The notes: generated by a model from the letters alone, not told the origin. A stretch of 63,968 bases of DNA, filler included, from Catajapyx aquilonaris (GCA_000934665.2; 3 parts of 3 records of this genome joined end to end with filler, not necessarily neighbours in it), one strand, 5' to 3'; shown: positions 36,722 to 48,479, counted from the whole stretch's first letter. Translations and numbers: made by a program.

Positions 36722-37225
36722 GGGCCGGTTGCACCAGTCACGGTATATGGAAAACGGCGGGTTTTCACTCCGGTATACCGCGAGAAGTGTTGCGCCCTCT
36801 ACGGTTGTTCTAAAACGGCCCGTTCTCCCTCCCATTTACCGCCGGATCCATCTACCCGCCGATCCTGCAGCACAAGTTGCTTATACCGCGGGTTTATGGT
36901 GTTGTCATGGTGCTCGGGATTTCGGGTACTGTGTGACACCAGGTGGCAACCCTGCCACATGGTTGCCGTAGATACGAGACGACCAGCCATACTTCTATGA
37001 CGTCACGGATTGCGTCACGGGTGCTATGATCCAATCAAGGCTCTCTAAAATTTTTGCCCGCTTACGTCTCTCATGAGCCAGCGTACTACCGAAAACGCAG
37101 CGTTTATCTGGACCGGTGCAACGCTATGGAATAAACCCGCGGTTTTTCATGGAATATACCGTGTACCCGCGGTGCAGGGTTCTTCCATATACCGTTCCAT
37201 ATACCGCGACTGGTGCAACCGGCCC
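36722..37225. mobile_element. Harbinger-like MITE
   Basis: TIRs GGGCCGGTTGCACCAGTC / GACTGGTGCAACCGGCCC with TAA/TTA flanks. Confidence 0.78.
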
Positions 37226-37621
37226 TTACAGTGCAAATTATGAATCTTAAACCCTGATTTTCACAACTCGTAAACCTGATCGGAAAAAATTGAGTTTCAC
37301 TTTTGATTATGATGTTGTTAGGTACAATCTCCACTAAAAGGTGTGGTGCACAGTGACAAAATGAATATAAAAAGGGATCCTGTATAGGTCAACAAAGAAG
37401 AAAATATCCGTGACAATTTTATGCCTCAGAAATAAATATGACAATTAGACCTGTCCATTTCTGCTTTTAGCCTGGACATGAAGATCTGATTTTTTCACTA
37501 CTTGTCTTAGCCACTTCCTTCAAGCCACTTTAATGGGCTCCCTTCCCCTGAAGGCATATGTGGACAGGCATGATGATCATAGTCAATACTGCACTGCTGC
37601 AAAACATTATACCCAGGTATA

Positions 37622-39562
37622 CTTGCCCAACACCAGTGAAGTTCACCTAGCACGAAAATCACCTGCATGTCGATGTTACAAATACGAATTACTTGAGAAT
37701 GAATCATGTTTTAATCGCACAACTTATATGCTAATGAGCCTCATGGAAGAGCAATGTTGGGGCGAGATATCAATGCATTTGTCAGTGGAAGAAGAAGAAT
37801 AGGACAGTATTTATTTAGCTCGCCAGGGGCAATGGTGTTCGCCCAGAGTGCTAAACGCGCCACAAAGTTCGCCTACGAGTAGGTGGGATCGCCATGGGCA
37901 GCAATGACGGCCTCCACACAACACCACATGTGTTGAATTAGCTCTGGCACTCGGCTGGAGTGATGGTGTTCCAAACCTCCCGTAGTTTGGCCCTCAAGGG
38001 ATGCCTTGGTGCAAAGATGATTCCTCTAAAGTACCTTCTTCATGATTTTCCAGTCTGTCTCAATCGGATTGAGGTCCAGGCTGCTCGATGGTCACGTAAA
38101 ATGTCAATCCCCTTGTCTGCCAGCCACTTGCTTCTGCTGTTTTGGTAAGATGCAAAGTCCTGTTTAAATATTGCATTGATATTCGGATGTAAGGTTGCTG
38201 TTGAGGGCGCACACAGCGGATGGTCTCTCAAAATCTCCTGAAACATGCTTGTATCGATGGTGCCATTGATGCCGGGAAAGTTTCCAAGGCCAACACTACC
38301 CATGCATCCCCACACCATAATGCTGTGTGCATGTTTGACGGTTCTAGTGAGACATTGGGATGGTACGCCTCTTCTTTGTTTGCAGTACTCGATTATGGAT
38401 GTCCCTGTACTGACTAATTCATCGTGAAGCATGATTAATACCACATCTGATGTGCCCAATGCTTCCATCCCTTCTCCCAAGCAAGTCTTTTTCCTGTTCC
38501 AGTGCCTTTAAGGGTGGTTTCTTCTTGGCCTATTGTCAAGAGGGCAGGTCGTGATTTCATGAATTCCCCGTTAGTCTTTGAGAAGTTGCACGTATAAGTT
38601 CAACTTCATGTCATGGATGCAGAGTCGACAGGTTGTTGTATGGACCACCTTTTGGGTCACATCTGACCATTTTGAAATTGATGGTCGCTGCTCCTTTTGC
38701 AGATATTGCGACACATTTTTCTCATCGCTCGGTTTTTCCTTGCTGCTGTTGCCTGGTGACGTCCATAATAAGGTTTTTCTGAATGATTCTTGTAGTTTTG
38801 TTACTTCATGCGATGCCACTAGCCACCAAAGAGTTCTGCTATATTATATATACACCTAGAAGAGGTACTCGGCCTGAAATGTGAGGCAGGCAACAATGCA
38901 GGCAACAATATGACCTCCAACAAGATGGCGGACGCCTGACATTATTTGAACTAATTGTCGCCCAGTTGTCATTATTGGTTGTTGTCCCAGTTGCTAGACA
39001 ACTGTTAGAACAACAATATGACCTCCAACAAGATGGCGGCTGCCTCAGCTTGTCTAATGGAAAAGGATAGGGAGTACCTCCTCTAGGTATTATATTATAT
39101 AATAGCAGAACTCTTTGCTAGCCACTGACTATGGCACGTGCCCTTCTTGAGCAACCACATAAGCAGACTTTCCTTCTTCAGAGCTCTTCCATTTCACCTT
39201 GTGTACCTCTGGAGGAATGGGCTTACCACCTCCTGTGATTGTTATTTTCAGACACCGAGTGCACTTTTTTTTTCATCTGGCACAACCGTTAAAGTCTGTA
39301 TTTAACAGTGGGCGAACTTTGTGGCGAGTTTAGCGCTCTGGGCGAACTCCATTGCCCCTGGCGCGCTAAATAAATACTGTCCTATTCTTCTTCTTCCACT
39401 GACAAATGCATTGATATCTTGCCCCAACATTGCTCTTCCATGAGGCTCATTAGCATATAAGTTGTGCGATTAAAACATGATTCATTCTCAAGTAATTCGT
39501 ATTTGTAACATCGACATGCAGGTGATTTTCGTGCTAGGCGAACTTCACTGGTGTTGGGAAAG
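37622..39562 (-). mobile_element. Near-full-length Tc1-like transposon with ~250-bp TIRs and a decayed DD34E transposase
   Basis: TA|CTTGCCCAACACCAGTGAAG...CTTCACTGGTGTTGGGAAAG|TA. The minus-strand fragment TVKHAHSIMVWGCM..IFKQDFASY is followed by a frameshifted SxDLNPIE motif. Confidence 0.92.
38827..39117. mobile_element. P-element-like MITE inserted in the Tc1 transposase
   Basis: TIRs CAAAGAGTTCTGCTAT / ATAGCAGAACTCTTTG and 8-bp TSD ctagccac. Confidence 0.82.
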
Positions 39563-40065
39563 TACTATAAAGTCACTTCGCTTTCAAGGTAATTTAAACT
39601 TGCTTCTTATAGAAGTGAGCTTTCTGAGCATCAAGCTATTGAAGAACTGCTGGAGCCTATGTTTTGTTATATTGCTTGCTCTTTAATACCAAAATTAATT
39701 ATTTCTTGCATGTTTTTGCCTGTTGCTTACTCCACCTGTCCCACTAACAAGTGGGATTGAGGAATATGCAATATACAGGGCACAGTCTTTAAGTCCCTGC
39801 AGTTTAAAGATGAGTGTGTGAATAAGTTTTGAATTGTTCACTTCAGCAACCAGCTTAAAGAAGCAATGATCACAATTGAAAGTAGCCCTGATTGCTGCTT
39901 TCAAGAGAGGATGCTTCTCCATAAACCCATTGCTGAGAAAAACAATTCATAACTTTCATACTGTTATCGTGAACTAGGACTTGCGATACTACCCTTTTTA
40001 TTGATCTTTAGAAGATTAGTTGATGTCAGCAACTCCAAAGGATGTCAAAATGAATTAGAACCTAC

Positions 40066-40240
40066 CACTGCTAGAAGTTTCTTCGATTTCATCTTCGTCA
40101 GCCATTTGATGTTTTTCTTGAGTACTATAGTATTCATCTTTGAATTCATCATATTCATAATTGGATCCATCTTTCCCTTTAGGAGGTTTTAATGGCGTCC
40201 AGTCTATCTTCGGCACTGTCTGTTTGGTAGTATTGGCATT
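40066..40240 (-). CDS. Nested antisense gene, exon 2 (acidic region)
   Basis: Follows a 64-nt gt..ttctag intron. Reads NANTTKQTVPKIDWTPLKPPKGKDGSNYEYDEFKDEYYSTQEKHQMADEDEIEETSSS; donor gtaggt. Confidence 0.62.
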
Positions 40241-40304
40241 CTAGAATGATAAGTTTTGAAAGAGTTATAGAGTGATATTTTTTCTCATTAATATGGTACC
40301 TTAC

Positions 40305-40409
40305 CTGCAGATTTGACTTCTTTGTAAGATGCACAGACAGAGGTCTACCTTGTAAAGCCATGAAGGACTCAATAAGCAGGCATAGGACCCATACAAATTT
40401 TGCTGTCAT
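40305..40409 (-). CDS. Nested antisense gene, first coding exon (signal peptide)
   Basis: ATG at 40409. MTAKFVWVLCLLIESFMALQGRP looks like a signal peptide. Strong donor CAG|gtaagg, phase 0. Confidence 0.65.
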
Positions 40410-40479
40410 TTTATGCTTGCCTGTTGACTGTTGTTTCTATGGTTATTGTCCATGATTGGAAATATGACTTTTCTTCCAG

Positions 40480-40608
40480 ATCTTCGAGATGCAAGATTCC
40501 ATACTAGCCAAGGAAGTGAAATTTATCCAAGAATTTCAGAAGTGTGTGGAACAAATGAATACTTTGGCATCTAATACAAGTTCCACCAAACTTTCACATA
40601 GTCTTCAA
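40480..40608 (+). CDS. ZFYVE26: ZFYVE26 internal exon
   Basis: IFEMQDSILAKEVKFIQEFQKCVEQM continues the vertebrate alignment (TFNLKSSPSSGELMFMERYQEVIQEL). Acceptor ttccag, donor gtatgt. Confidence 0.8.
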
Positions 40609-40699
40609 GTATGTACATCAGATGCAATTCTTGTAGTGAAAAGAAAAGGTAAATGAACATTGTTGGGTGTAGAGTTCACTGTGTGTGTTTTTTTTGCAG

Positions 40700-40817
40700 A
40701 CTCTTCATAAAGTTGCAACTGAAGGTTCAAATTTAACAATGATTAGGGATTACGTGAAGATGCTTATGTCTCAGTGTGAACCTCCCCCCCTTGATGGACT
40801 GGAAAGATTTCAAAAAC
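40700..40817 (+). CDS. ZFYVE26: ZFYVE26 internal exon; gene continues beyond this scaffold
   Basis: Acceptor ttgcag and donor gtatgt. Reads TLHKVATEGSNLTMIRDYVKMLMSQCEPPP. Confidence 0.75.
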
Positions 40818-42326
40818 GTATGTATTATTATATTTACTCTGGTTTATTAGTTGGTTAGAGTAAAGGTAGGCCTAGTAAGATGTGGCTGGACTTGGTGGGT
40901 GACCGTCTTAGGTACAAAGATGGTCTTAAGGCACTAAGTCATATGCCTTGGCATTCATGCATTAAGGCAGTGGTTCCCAACCTTTCTCGAGTCATGTCCG
41001 CCTTTTATAGTAGTCAAGTAACCTGCAACCCCCCATCACCATTTGCGTGAAACGCTTGGCAACAAGGCGAAGCAAAGGGAGATGGGCCCTATCTGGACTT
41101 CAGTTGTGACAAGAGTATTGGTAGTGTACACATACAGGGTGATCCAACTTTATCGCCCCAACAGTTATTGGAAAAATCGCGTAAGCTGCTACTTTTTAAG
41201 CTGCTACTTGCTAAGAGTTACTTTCTCGAGTATCTGAAATAGCACCTGCTGATATTAGGTCCAATGCCCATGTACCAATTAATGACCTATTTATTGACAC
41301 AACCGGGTCTGTCGGTTCGACGGATTAGCCCTCTGATTGGTAGCTAGTGACATCATCTGAATCCCTCCATGCTCCATATTGACAAGAATAGTGACAACAA
41401 CCAATGAGAACATTAGGACCCAATTTCTGCTACAAAGCAGAACGGATGGAAGCTGAAAATTTAAATACCACTTAATGGATCACTAACATAGTGCTCTATC
41501 CTCTAAACAGTGTTTTTTTAAATTCCTTTGTGGAATTTGTGGTAGCAATTTTTCTCATAAGACAATTAAAGATAAATGAAATTATTTTTGAACGCCACCA
41601 CTCCAAGCATCCTTCCCTTCTTACCCCATAGCATGGTACCTCGCTATTCTAGATTTTAAAACTGAACTGTATAATGCAAAGCACACTTCCTTATGGGTGT
41701 ACAGGTACAGGCACTTAAAGAAAAGCCACAGCCCATTCAGCTAAAAATAATAATTTTGGATGTCCATTTAAATGGGCCTTTGATCTCAGGAAGAAAAGAA
41801 AATGACCAGTTATCTACAGCAGCAAAGATTGTCACAGACACATCTTTTCGTATTTCCTAATACACATTCCTTGCGAATCCCAGGACATTCACTGCATTGC
41901 GAAAATTGCACTCTAAATATGAGTAAAAAAATAAAACTTATCAGATGAGCGCCTAGCTTCAGCAGCGGAATCCGCCATTTTAATAAGTGATTTAATTTCC
42001 GCGGCCAAAGTCAGATATTCGACACTAGGTGGCTACACCGATTGAGACCAGATTGTAATCATGGGATATCAACAGATTACAGTTCTGTTGGCATCACTAG
42101 TTGGCGCCAAATTTTTTTTTCCTGATGTCGACATATGCTGACATCAGGTCTCAGGAGGATATTATTGGTCTCTGCCCACCCCAAAGTACTGTACCTGTTT
42201 ATGCAATGCACTACGTATACTGCAGTTCTTGCCAAAGAAGGGAAAGGAGTCCTAAGAACATGATGACCTTCAACCTGGTACCTCCCATTAAATGTGTGTA
42301 ATAAATGTTTGAAATACTCAGCATTA

Positions 42327-42584
42327 TAATGGATACCCCGTGATAGGCCCCTTGGGCCTCTTAGGGGATCATCTTTTGAATACCCGACTTTAATTATTTG
42401 CCTGTAATGTGATGGATTTTGATTGCGGGAGGAAATGGGAGAACCCCGAGAAAACCCATGCAAACACGGAGAGAACCCATCGAAACTCTATCCACATAAG
42501 TATTCTCCGTCCGACCCGGGGATCGAACTCGGGACCTTAGAGGTGGAAGGCTGCGGCGCTAACCACTCGGCCACCGTGTCGCCC
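42327..42584 (-). mobile_element. tRNA-derived SINE, family C
   Basis: Near-identical inverse of 29733-29995. TSD aaatactc(a/g)gcatta. Confidence 0.88.
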
Positions 42585-42837
42585 AAATACTCGGCATTAA
42601 AAACAGCAATAGTCAGTTTTGGAAAATTTGAAACCTATCCCATTCACTTATACAGGGTGATCAAACTTTTTTGTCGTTTTAGTTATTGACAAATTCGGCA
42701 TAAGCTGCTTATATTGTAGCCCGTTACCTGGCAACCCCGTCCGGCGGGCCAATTCAAACATCAGCCCATGGAGAGCGCTTCCATTGTTGCCACTGTTTAC
42801 AAATCGAGTGAGTGACGCGGATGCCCCAGCGACGGGT

Positions 42838-42937
42838 NNNNNNNNNNNNNNNNNNNNNNNNNNNNNNNNNNNNNNNNNNNNTTAATTAATTAANNNNNNN
42901 NNNNNNNNNNNNNNNNNNNNNNNNNNNNNNNNNNNNN
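42838..42937. other. Artificial scaffold-joining spacer
   Basis: Same 44 N + TTAATTAATTAA + 44 N layout as at 21362. Confidence 0.95.
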
Positions 42938-43033
42938 CACTGTAGGCCGCAGGCCGAGAAAAGAGCGAGCGAAGCGAGCGGTTTTCAAGGCCAGCGCCCT
43001 AGGAAAATACGAGCGGAGCGAGGGTTTTCCTAG
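42938..43033 (+). mobile_element. Helitron-like 3' end (second copy ~53490-53583)
   Basis: Both copies carry gagcgaagcga-type motifs and end in CTAG|T. Confidence 0.55.
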
Positions 43034-43801
43034 TTATGATATAAAGTAGTGAAAGTAATGCTAAATTTACACACAATTTTTAAAATTCCCATAACAAATC
43101 AATTTTCGCACACCAGTATAGACAGCAGATTCCAAGTTCAACCAGCATTCACAAGCAGTTGCTGCTTAAATTGCATTTGCAATACTATACAGAATCAGAA
43201 ATCAGCCACCATCAGTTGTTCTAAATTGCAGCTCTCTACAAACTTGTTACATTACTGCCTTGTCATTGTATAAACAACATCAATCAAGAGACTTGATATG
43301 TGTTAGCTGTCCCTATTACTCTGGAATCCCATTGTTTTTAAAGGTTCATAATCCTGAGTGCAACTTAACATTAAAAATGAGTCATGTTGGAAGTTGTGAC
43401 AGCTGTGCTTGTTTTGTGTGATACGAAATTGCAGATGAAGAGTACTGTACACTAGCAAGAATAAACAAATAATGCTTTAAAAATTTGGAATAAAAGATTG
43501 ATTTTAATTATTACTATGTCTTTCCATGGACGGAACTTCTAACTTTCACTTCAAAATCTTAAGCCCGGCTCAGGGACCTCCATGGAAATGGACCAACTCC
43601 TCCATCTCATCGTCCTTTTAACCAGTGTGGATATAGGAGTAAAACATAGTGAGTATGCCTGGGCAGTGAGGAAAAAGTCAGCGGGTCTCCAGACTGATTT
43701 TGGTGGCACTCTTTGCCTCTAGATACAACCATCATCTGTTTTTGCTTTTTGCTTCCAGTCATTTCCTAATATCTCCAAGAAGTCTTTTTACCAAGAAATG
43801 C

Positions 43802-43889
43802 GATTTTACAGTAAAAATGTGGAAAAAGTCTGAACTGTTGATGATTTTATCAACAGTTCAGACTTTTTCCACATTTTTACTGTAAAATC
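43802..43889. repeat. Perfect 41-bp inverted repeat with a 6-nt loop
   Basis: 43802-43842 is the exact reverse complement of 43849-43889. Confidence 0.95.
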
Positions 43890-45605
43890 TCATTTGTCAT
43901 TGTTGATAACCCATGTCTGGATAAAAATTTGGCATCATTAAGTTGATGAATCATAATAATTTATCTTACTTTTGCATCACATTCAGCAGAATTATAAACA
44001 CTCGGGGAAAAAGTTTGCATGCAAACATAGGGTAACAACACTGCAGAATTCAAATCTGCCATCAGAAGTTCAGAAAGGAGAGTATTGGAAACAGTTAATA
44101 GGATAATAAAAAAGGAGAAGACAAGCTCCTGTCAATCACAGGAAATCCATAGGTAAAAGGTAAGTGGAGATCAGAAGAGGAAACCTATTCAAGCAACTTT
44201 CATGTCATGGAAACTAAATTTTTGGGAGTTAATCAGTACTAACCCTCAAGAGTTCTAAAGGAATTGAGTGTAAGGAAGGTCCATGGAGCATACAAAATAG
44301 GACTATGCAATTTTATAAATGTCAAATCCATGATTAAATCATATCTATAATGAAACAAGTGGCAAATATGTGACAAAAACAGCAGGCAGGAAGCAAGAGG
44401 AAAAGCAAAAGTGGGGGGGAGAGCCTTTAACCCAGGCTGCTTTGATCTGTTTTTATATAATAGGAAAGGTTAATTCTATAATAATTATGTGTGCCTTCTA
44501 CTCTGCGGATAATATTTTTAGTGGAGGTTGTTCCTACTGTAGAAACTTAAATATTTAGTGGGAATATAAAAATCAGCTACTCCCTTCCTATCCTCTGATA
44601 TGTAAAAATATGGGTTTGAGAGTTATGAAAGTGATCATTTTCAATATGGTCACCAAAGGAACTATCTATGCATATCCATTTTTTATAGCAATAGAAGGTG
44701 ACAACTCATTTTTCGTATTGCACACTGTTCACTAATGGTTAATTAGCAGTACCGTGTCAATAACTAGTTAATGGCAGAATCCCACCTAGAAGGAGCAGGC
44801 TGCTAGAAGAAACTTAGTAGGTGAAAGAATAAAAAACACATACAATAATTAACACATTACATCAGGTAATGTCCACACCTGAATATCTCATTGAACAAAA
44901 TGCAACTCAAAACTTTGAGGGCCACCTACAAATTGAAGAAAAGATTATGTTCAACAAGTTGCAGAGGCAATTACTGAATGTCTCGATTGCTGCCTATGAT
45001 ACGAATTTGACAAAAATGGCCCATGGGCAGATTTTCAGGGTATGTTGTGGACAGGAAAACAAGCAGTTTCACTGTTTCATAAAATATTGCTAGGAACAAC
45101 ACCCACTGAAAGTTACCCTGGCTTTCTGACTGGAAATCTGGATCGCGATCTGGATAACACCACAGGTTATCATGGCACACAGCAAAATCTACCCTTGGAC
45201 ATGCCGATTTCCCATGGCTTTTGTTGGATTAGTAAAATAATAATAGAAGTAAAAACATGCTCTACATCAAAATGCAGTAAGTAGTAAACTACTTTTTGAA
45301 GGCATGTACACCAATTGGTACCAATTTACGACGATGTAACATACATTTACAGGCATCTGCATAGCATCTTTATTTCTGTCCAGCAAAACAAATATGAAAA
45401 AATGCTGCTACATAAACAATGAAATTGACTCAGAATACAAAATTCTTGCCGCCAATACTAGTCTAGATCTTCTTTGTTTCAAACTCTAATTGCAAATGCC
45501 ACAGCTTATAGAATAACTTGATGTGGATATACTGCATCCTATGCCTCCTTCACAAATATGTTAGTTTATTTGTAATCCATCTACTTATTATTACTATTAT
45601 TATTA

Positions 45606-45747
45606 CAGTTGAATCCGGATTTACCAACTGCGGCTATAACAGACTCGAAAGGCCGGTCCGGCAAACTTCCATGTATGACTTCTGTATTCGGCTATAACAG
45701 ACTGATTTCCATGGTCCCTTGAAGTCTGTTATATCCTGATTCAACTG
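45606..45747. mobile_element. pogo-like MITE inside a (TTA)n microsatellite (partial copy ~63477-63590)
   Basis: TA|CAGTTGAATCCGGAT...ATCCTGATTCAACTG, followed by (TTG)n(TTA)n to ~45808. Confidence 0.75.
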
Positions 45748-45756
45748 TTGTTGTTG

Positions 45757-45808
<52 letters not shown>

Positions 45809-46049
45809 GTTCTGACTACACAAGCAATGTAAAATTCAGCAGATTACCACAAGGCTGTCAAAATTATGTCACTCTGCATTACCTGTCACTATTTACTACT
45901 GCTGTCAAGAAAGGTATGTCTGTGTTTATAAAACAAGTTTAACACATTTTCTTACCAAAAAACCACCTTGCACACAATTCCTGGCACATGCGACATATCC
46001 TGGTGCGACTGCCACCCACAATTACAAAAGTCCTCCGGATTGAGCAAAC

Positions 46050-47350
46050 TCCCAGGCTTTGATGCAAGCCCTCCTCCGTAACGAGCTGCACCCTTGACAT
46101 GCACACGCCCGGCCGCAGCAGACGTTCCCGCAAAACGAAAGTGAAGACAAAACGAGAGAATGTTCCTTCTCGCCTGCAGCAAAAGCAGCAGACTCGCTTA
46201 ACCTACATTTTCCCCCATCCGAGTTAACCTACTTTCCTCCTCCTCCTCCGGTATATATTCCCCCCCACGTGACTCTCCACCGCGACCGAACCCGGCCTGG
46301 ACCGACCCGTAATGTCCGCAGAAATGTCCCGCCGGCTCCAGACCGGACGTCGCCTCTCCGGACAACCCCAGACTGTCTCTCGTCTCCTTTTCTCTCTCTC
46401 TAGGTCTCTGGGTTAAGATCTCCCGTCTACTCCGCCGCCATTTTCCAACCCCCAAAAACACTGGCGATTAAAAAAACAACAACCAGTGGTAGTAATTGGC
46501 GCCACTGTGCGCTCGAAGATAATTACAATTGAGGTTAGTGCATTGGGCCTGGAATTCAGGAGGATTGCAATTGCGCTAATTGCACTTTCAAAATGGTGAT
46601 TTAAATTAATGCGGTTTTCCTCCACCGCCATCTGTCGGATGCACTGTGCACTCAGCACAAACAAAAGCTCAATCGGCATAAACACGAAATTAGTACTAAT
46701 TAGGTTTATAACTTTTAAAATAAGGAGCTGAATTACACCAGCAAATGCGGTTAATTTTACAATTTGTCAGTTACATGAGCGGAAAGTACTCACCGCCATC
46801 TGTCGACAGTATGCGAAAGTACAGAACAAATAAAGACGCCCAGATGCACTGAATAATCAAAATGCATAAATGGAGCACATTAGCCCCCAATATTGTTAAG
46901 TTTAACTCAACTAACAAGTACGTAGAGGTGCATGACTGTTGTTTCGGCAGGCATCCGTTGCTTTGTGCGAAACCCTTGTTTTTTTAGTGGCAGGAGCCGG
47001 CGCCTTTATTTCCAGGCCTAGTAGTACCCGCGCTTGAATGGCCGCCGAGCTCTTCCGAGGGTCGAGTTTTGCTTTCATTGCGAACCCGCGCTTTTTCGCA
47101 CAACCGATTGCCATTCCCAGCCCCTGATCGCATCGAGGGAAGGTCGGTGCAGGACCTGCGCGGGACGAGGGATGCCCGACACCCGCCGCTGCTGACGGGA
47201 GCCCGGAAGAGGTACTTGGACCAAGCGAGTAGGGAGGGAATGTGCGTATTGTGCTGACTTCAGTTGGCGTGTGGAACGACGACGGTCCTGTAGGGTTTGA
47301 ATAGAGCGGCGTGGCATGTTAGTCACAGGTTGCCGGTGCAAGGCTTGGTT
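46050..47350. promoter_or_regulatory. CpG-rich, probably bidirectional promoter region upstream of Rif1
   Basis: Two CpG/GC-rich blocks flank an AT-richer core. YY1-like AAAATGGCGGCG on the minus strand (46433-46444). CACCGCCATCTGTCG is duplicated at 46623 and 46791. Candidate donors lie on both strands (plus 47212; minus ~46203 and ~46228). Confidence 0.6.
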
Positions 47351-47752
47351 GGAAGCGTGGGAGGAAATTAAATACTGGCCAGTTCCAACATGCACATAAT
47401 GCCAGGGTAGCTCACAGGGTGGGCCACAGCCACATTTTTAGGTGCTCAATTTCATCCTTCAGTTTGTACCCATAGCTGTGTCGTTGTACTGAGAGAACAA
47501 GATGCAGGCAGTACTGGAAAGCCAAGCTACTGCAGAGTTATGAGAAGAGTGGCGAAAGGGTTCTTTACAACTTCCTGGGTTCACCCCAAAGCCGCTCTGA
47601 TGGCCCAAGGCAAAATCCTGAATTGCGGCTTTTTGCAATATCGCGATATTTGTGTTTCAAGTTTGTATGTTTCCATTATCATATATGGACGTGCATGGTT
47701 TCATTGCGGCCAAATTTTTGCAAGGGTTTCTCCTACAGTTTTGGGCTTTGTA

Positions 47753-48479
47753 CGAGGGCAAATCAATGAATAATGTACCATAATTATCTTCAAGCCAAGT
47801 TTAATGTCAAGAACAAATGTATTATAGGTGACAGCAATGACAACCTTTGGCTATTTTTCAACGTATGAATCATTTCTGTTGCATTTGTCCCACTGAGGTA
47901 CATAGTTAAATATGCCATGTTTTTATAGCTCCATTTTTTGCCATAAGACCTTTTTACTGGTCGGCCGAGACAATGCTGATCGGTAATGTCTTCTCTGTCC
48001 TCAGAAAACAGCTTACACCACCTTGAAATGTTGCTATGGTCCAGGCATGTGTTCCCATTCACTTCTGTCATGTCCATGTGATTTTGGGTGGGAGGTGCCT
48101 TTCGTCCGCAAAAAAATCACACCAGCTTCTCAATAAGGGTGGGCCTTGCTAACACATTCACTATGTTTTCTGGCTCATTCTCTTTTGATGCACTTGGGGG
48201 CATGCATATGTGTACAGACCTGACCATGGACCTGACCTTAAACTGAGCGACTTTCGTCTCTTTGCCCCCTTGAAAAAAAGGCCTTCTGGCAAAAAATTGA
48301 GCTCTAAAAACATGGCATCTTTAACTATGTATCACAGTGGGACAAATGCATCAACAGAAACGATTCATATGTTGAAAAATAGCCATAGGTTGTTGCTTGC
48401 TGTCGCCTATAAAACATTTGTTATTGACATTAAACTTGGCTAAAAAAATTATTTTGCGTTACTTATCAATTTGCCCTTG
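47753..48479. mobile_element. Mariner-derived element abutted by a palindromic MITE (48482-48642)
   Basis: TA|CGAGGGCAAAT...ATTTGCCCTTG|TA with transposase remnants (ISRWCKLFSEDRE..GRP; PDLKLSDFRLF). The adjacent MITE is the same family as 32516-32677. Confidence 0.82.
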
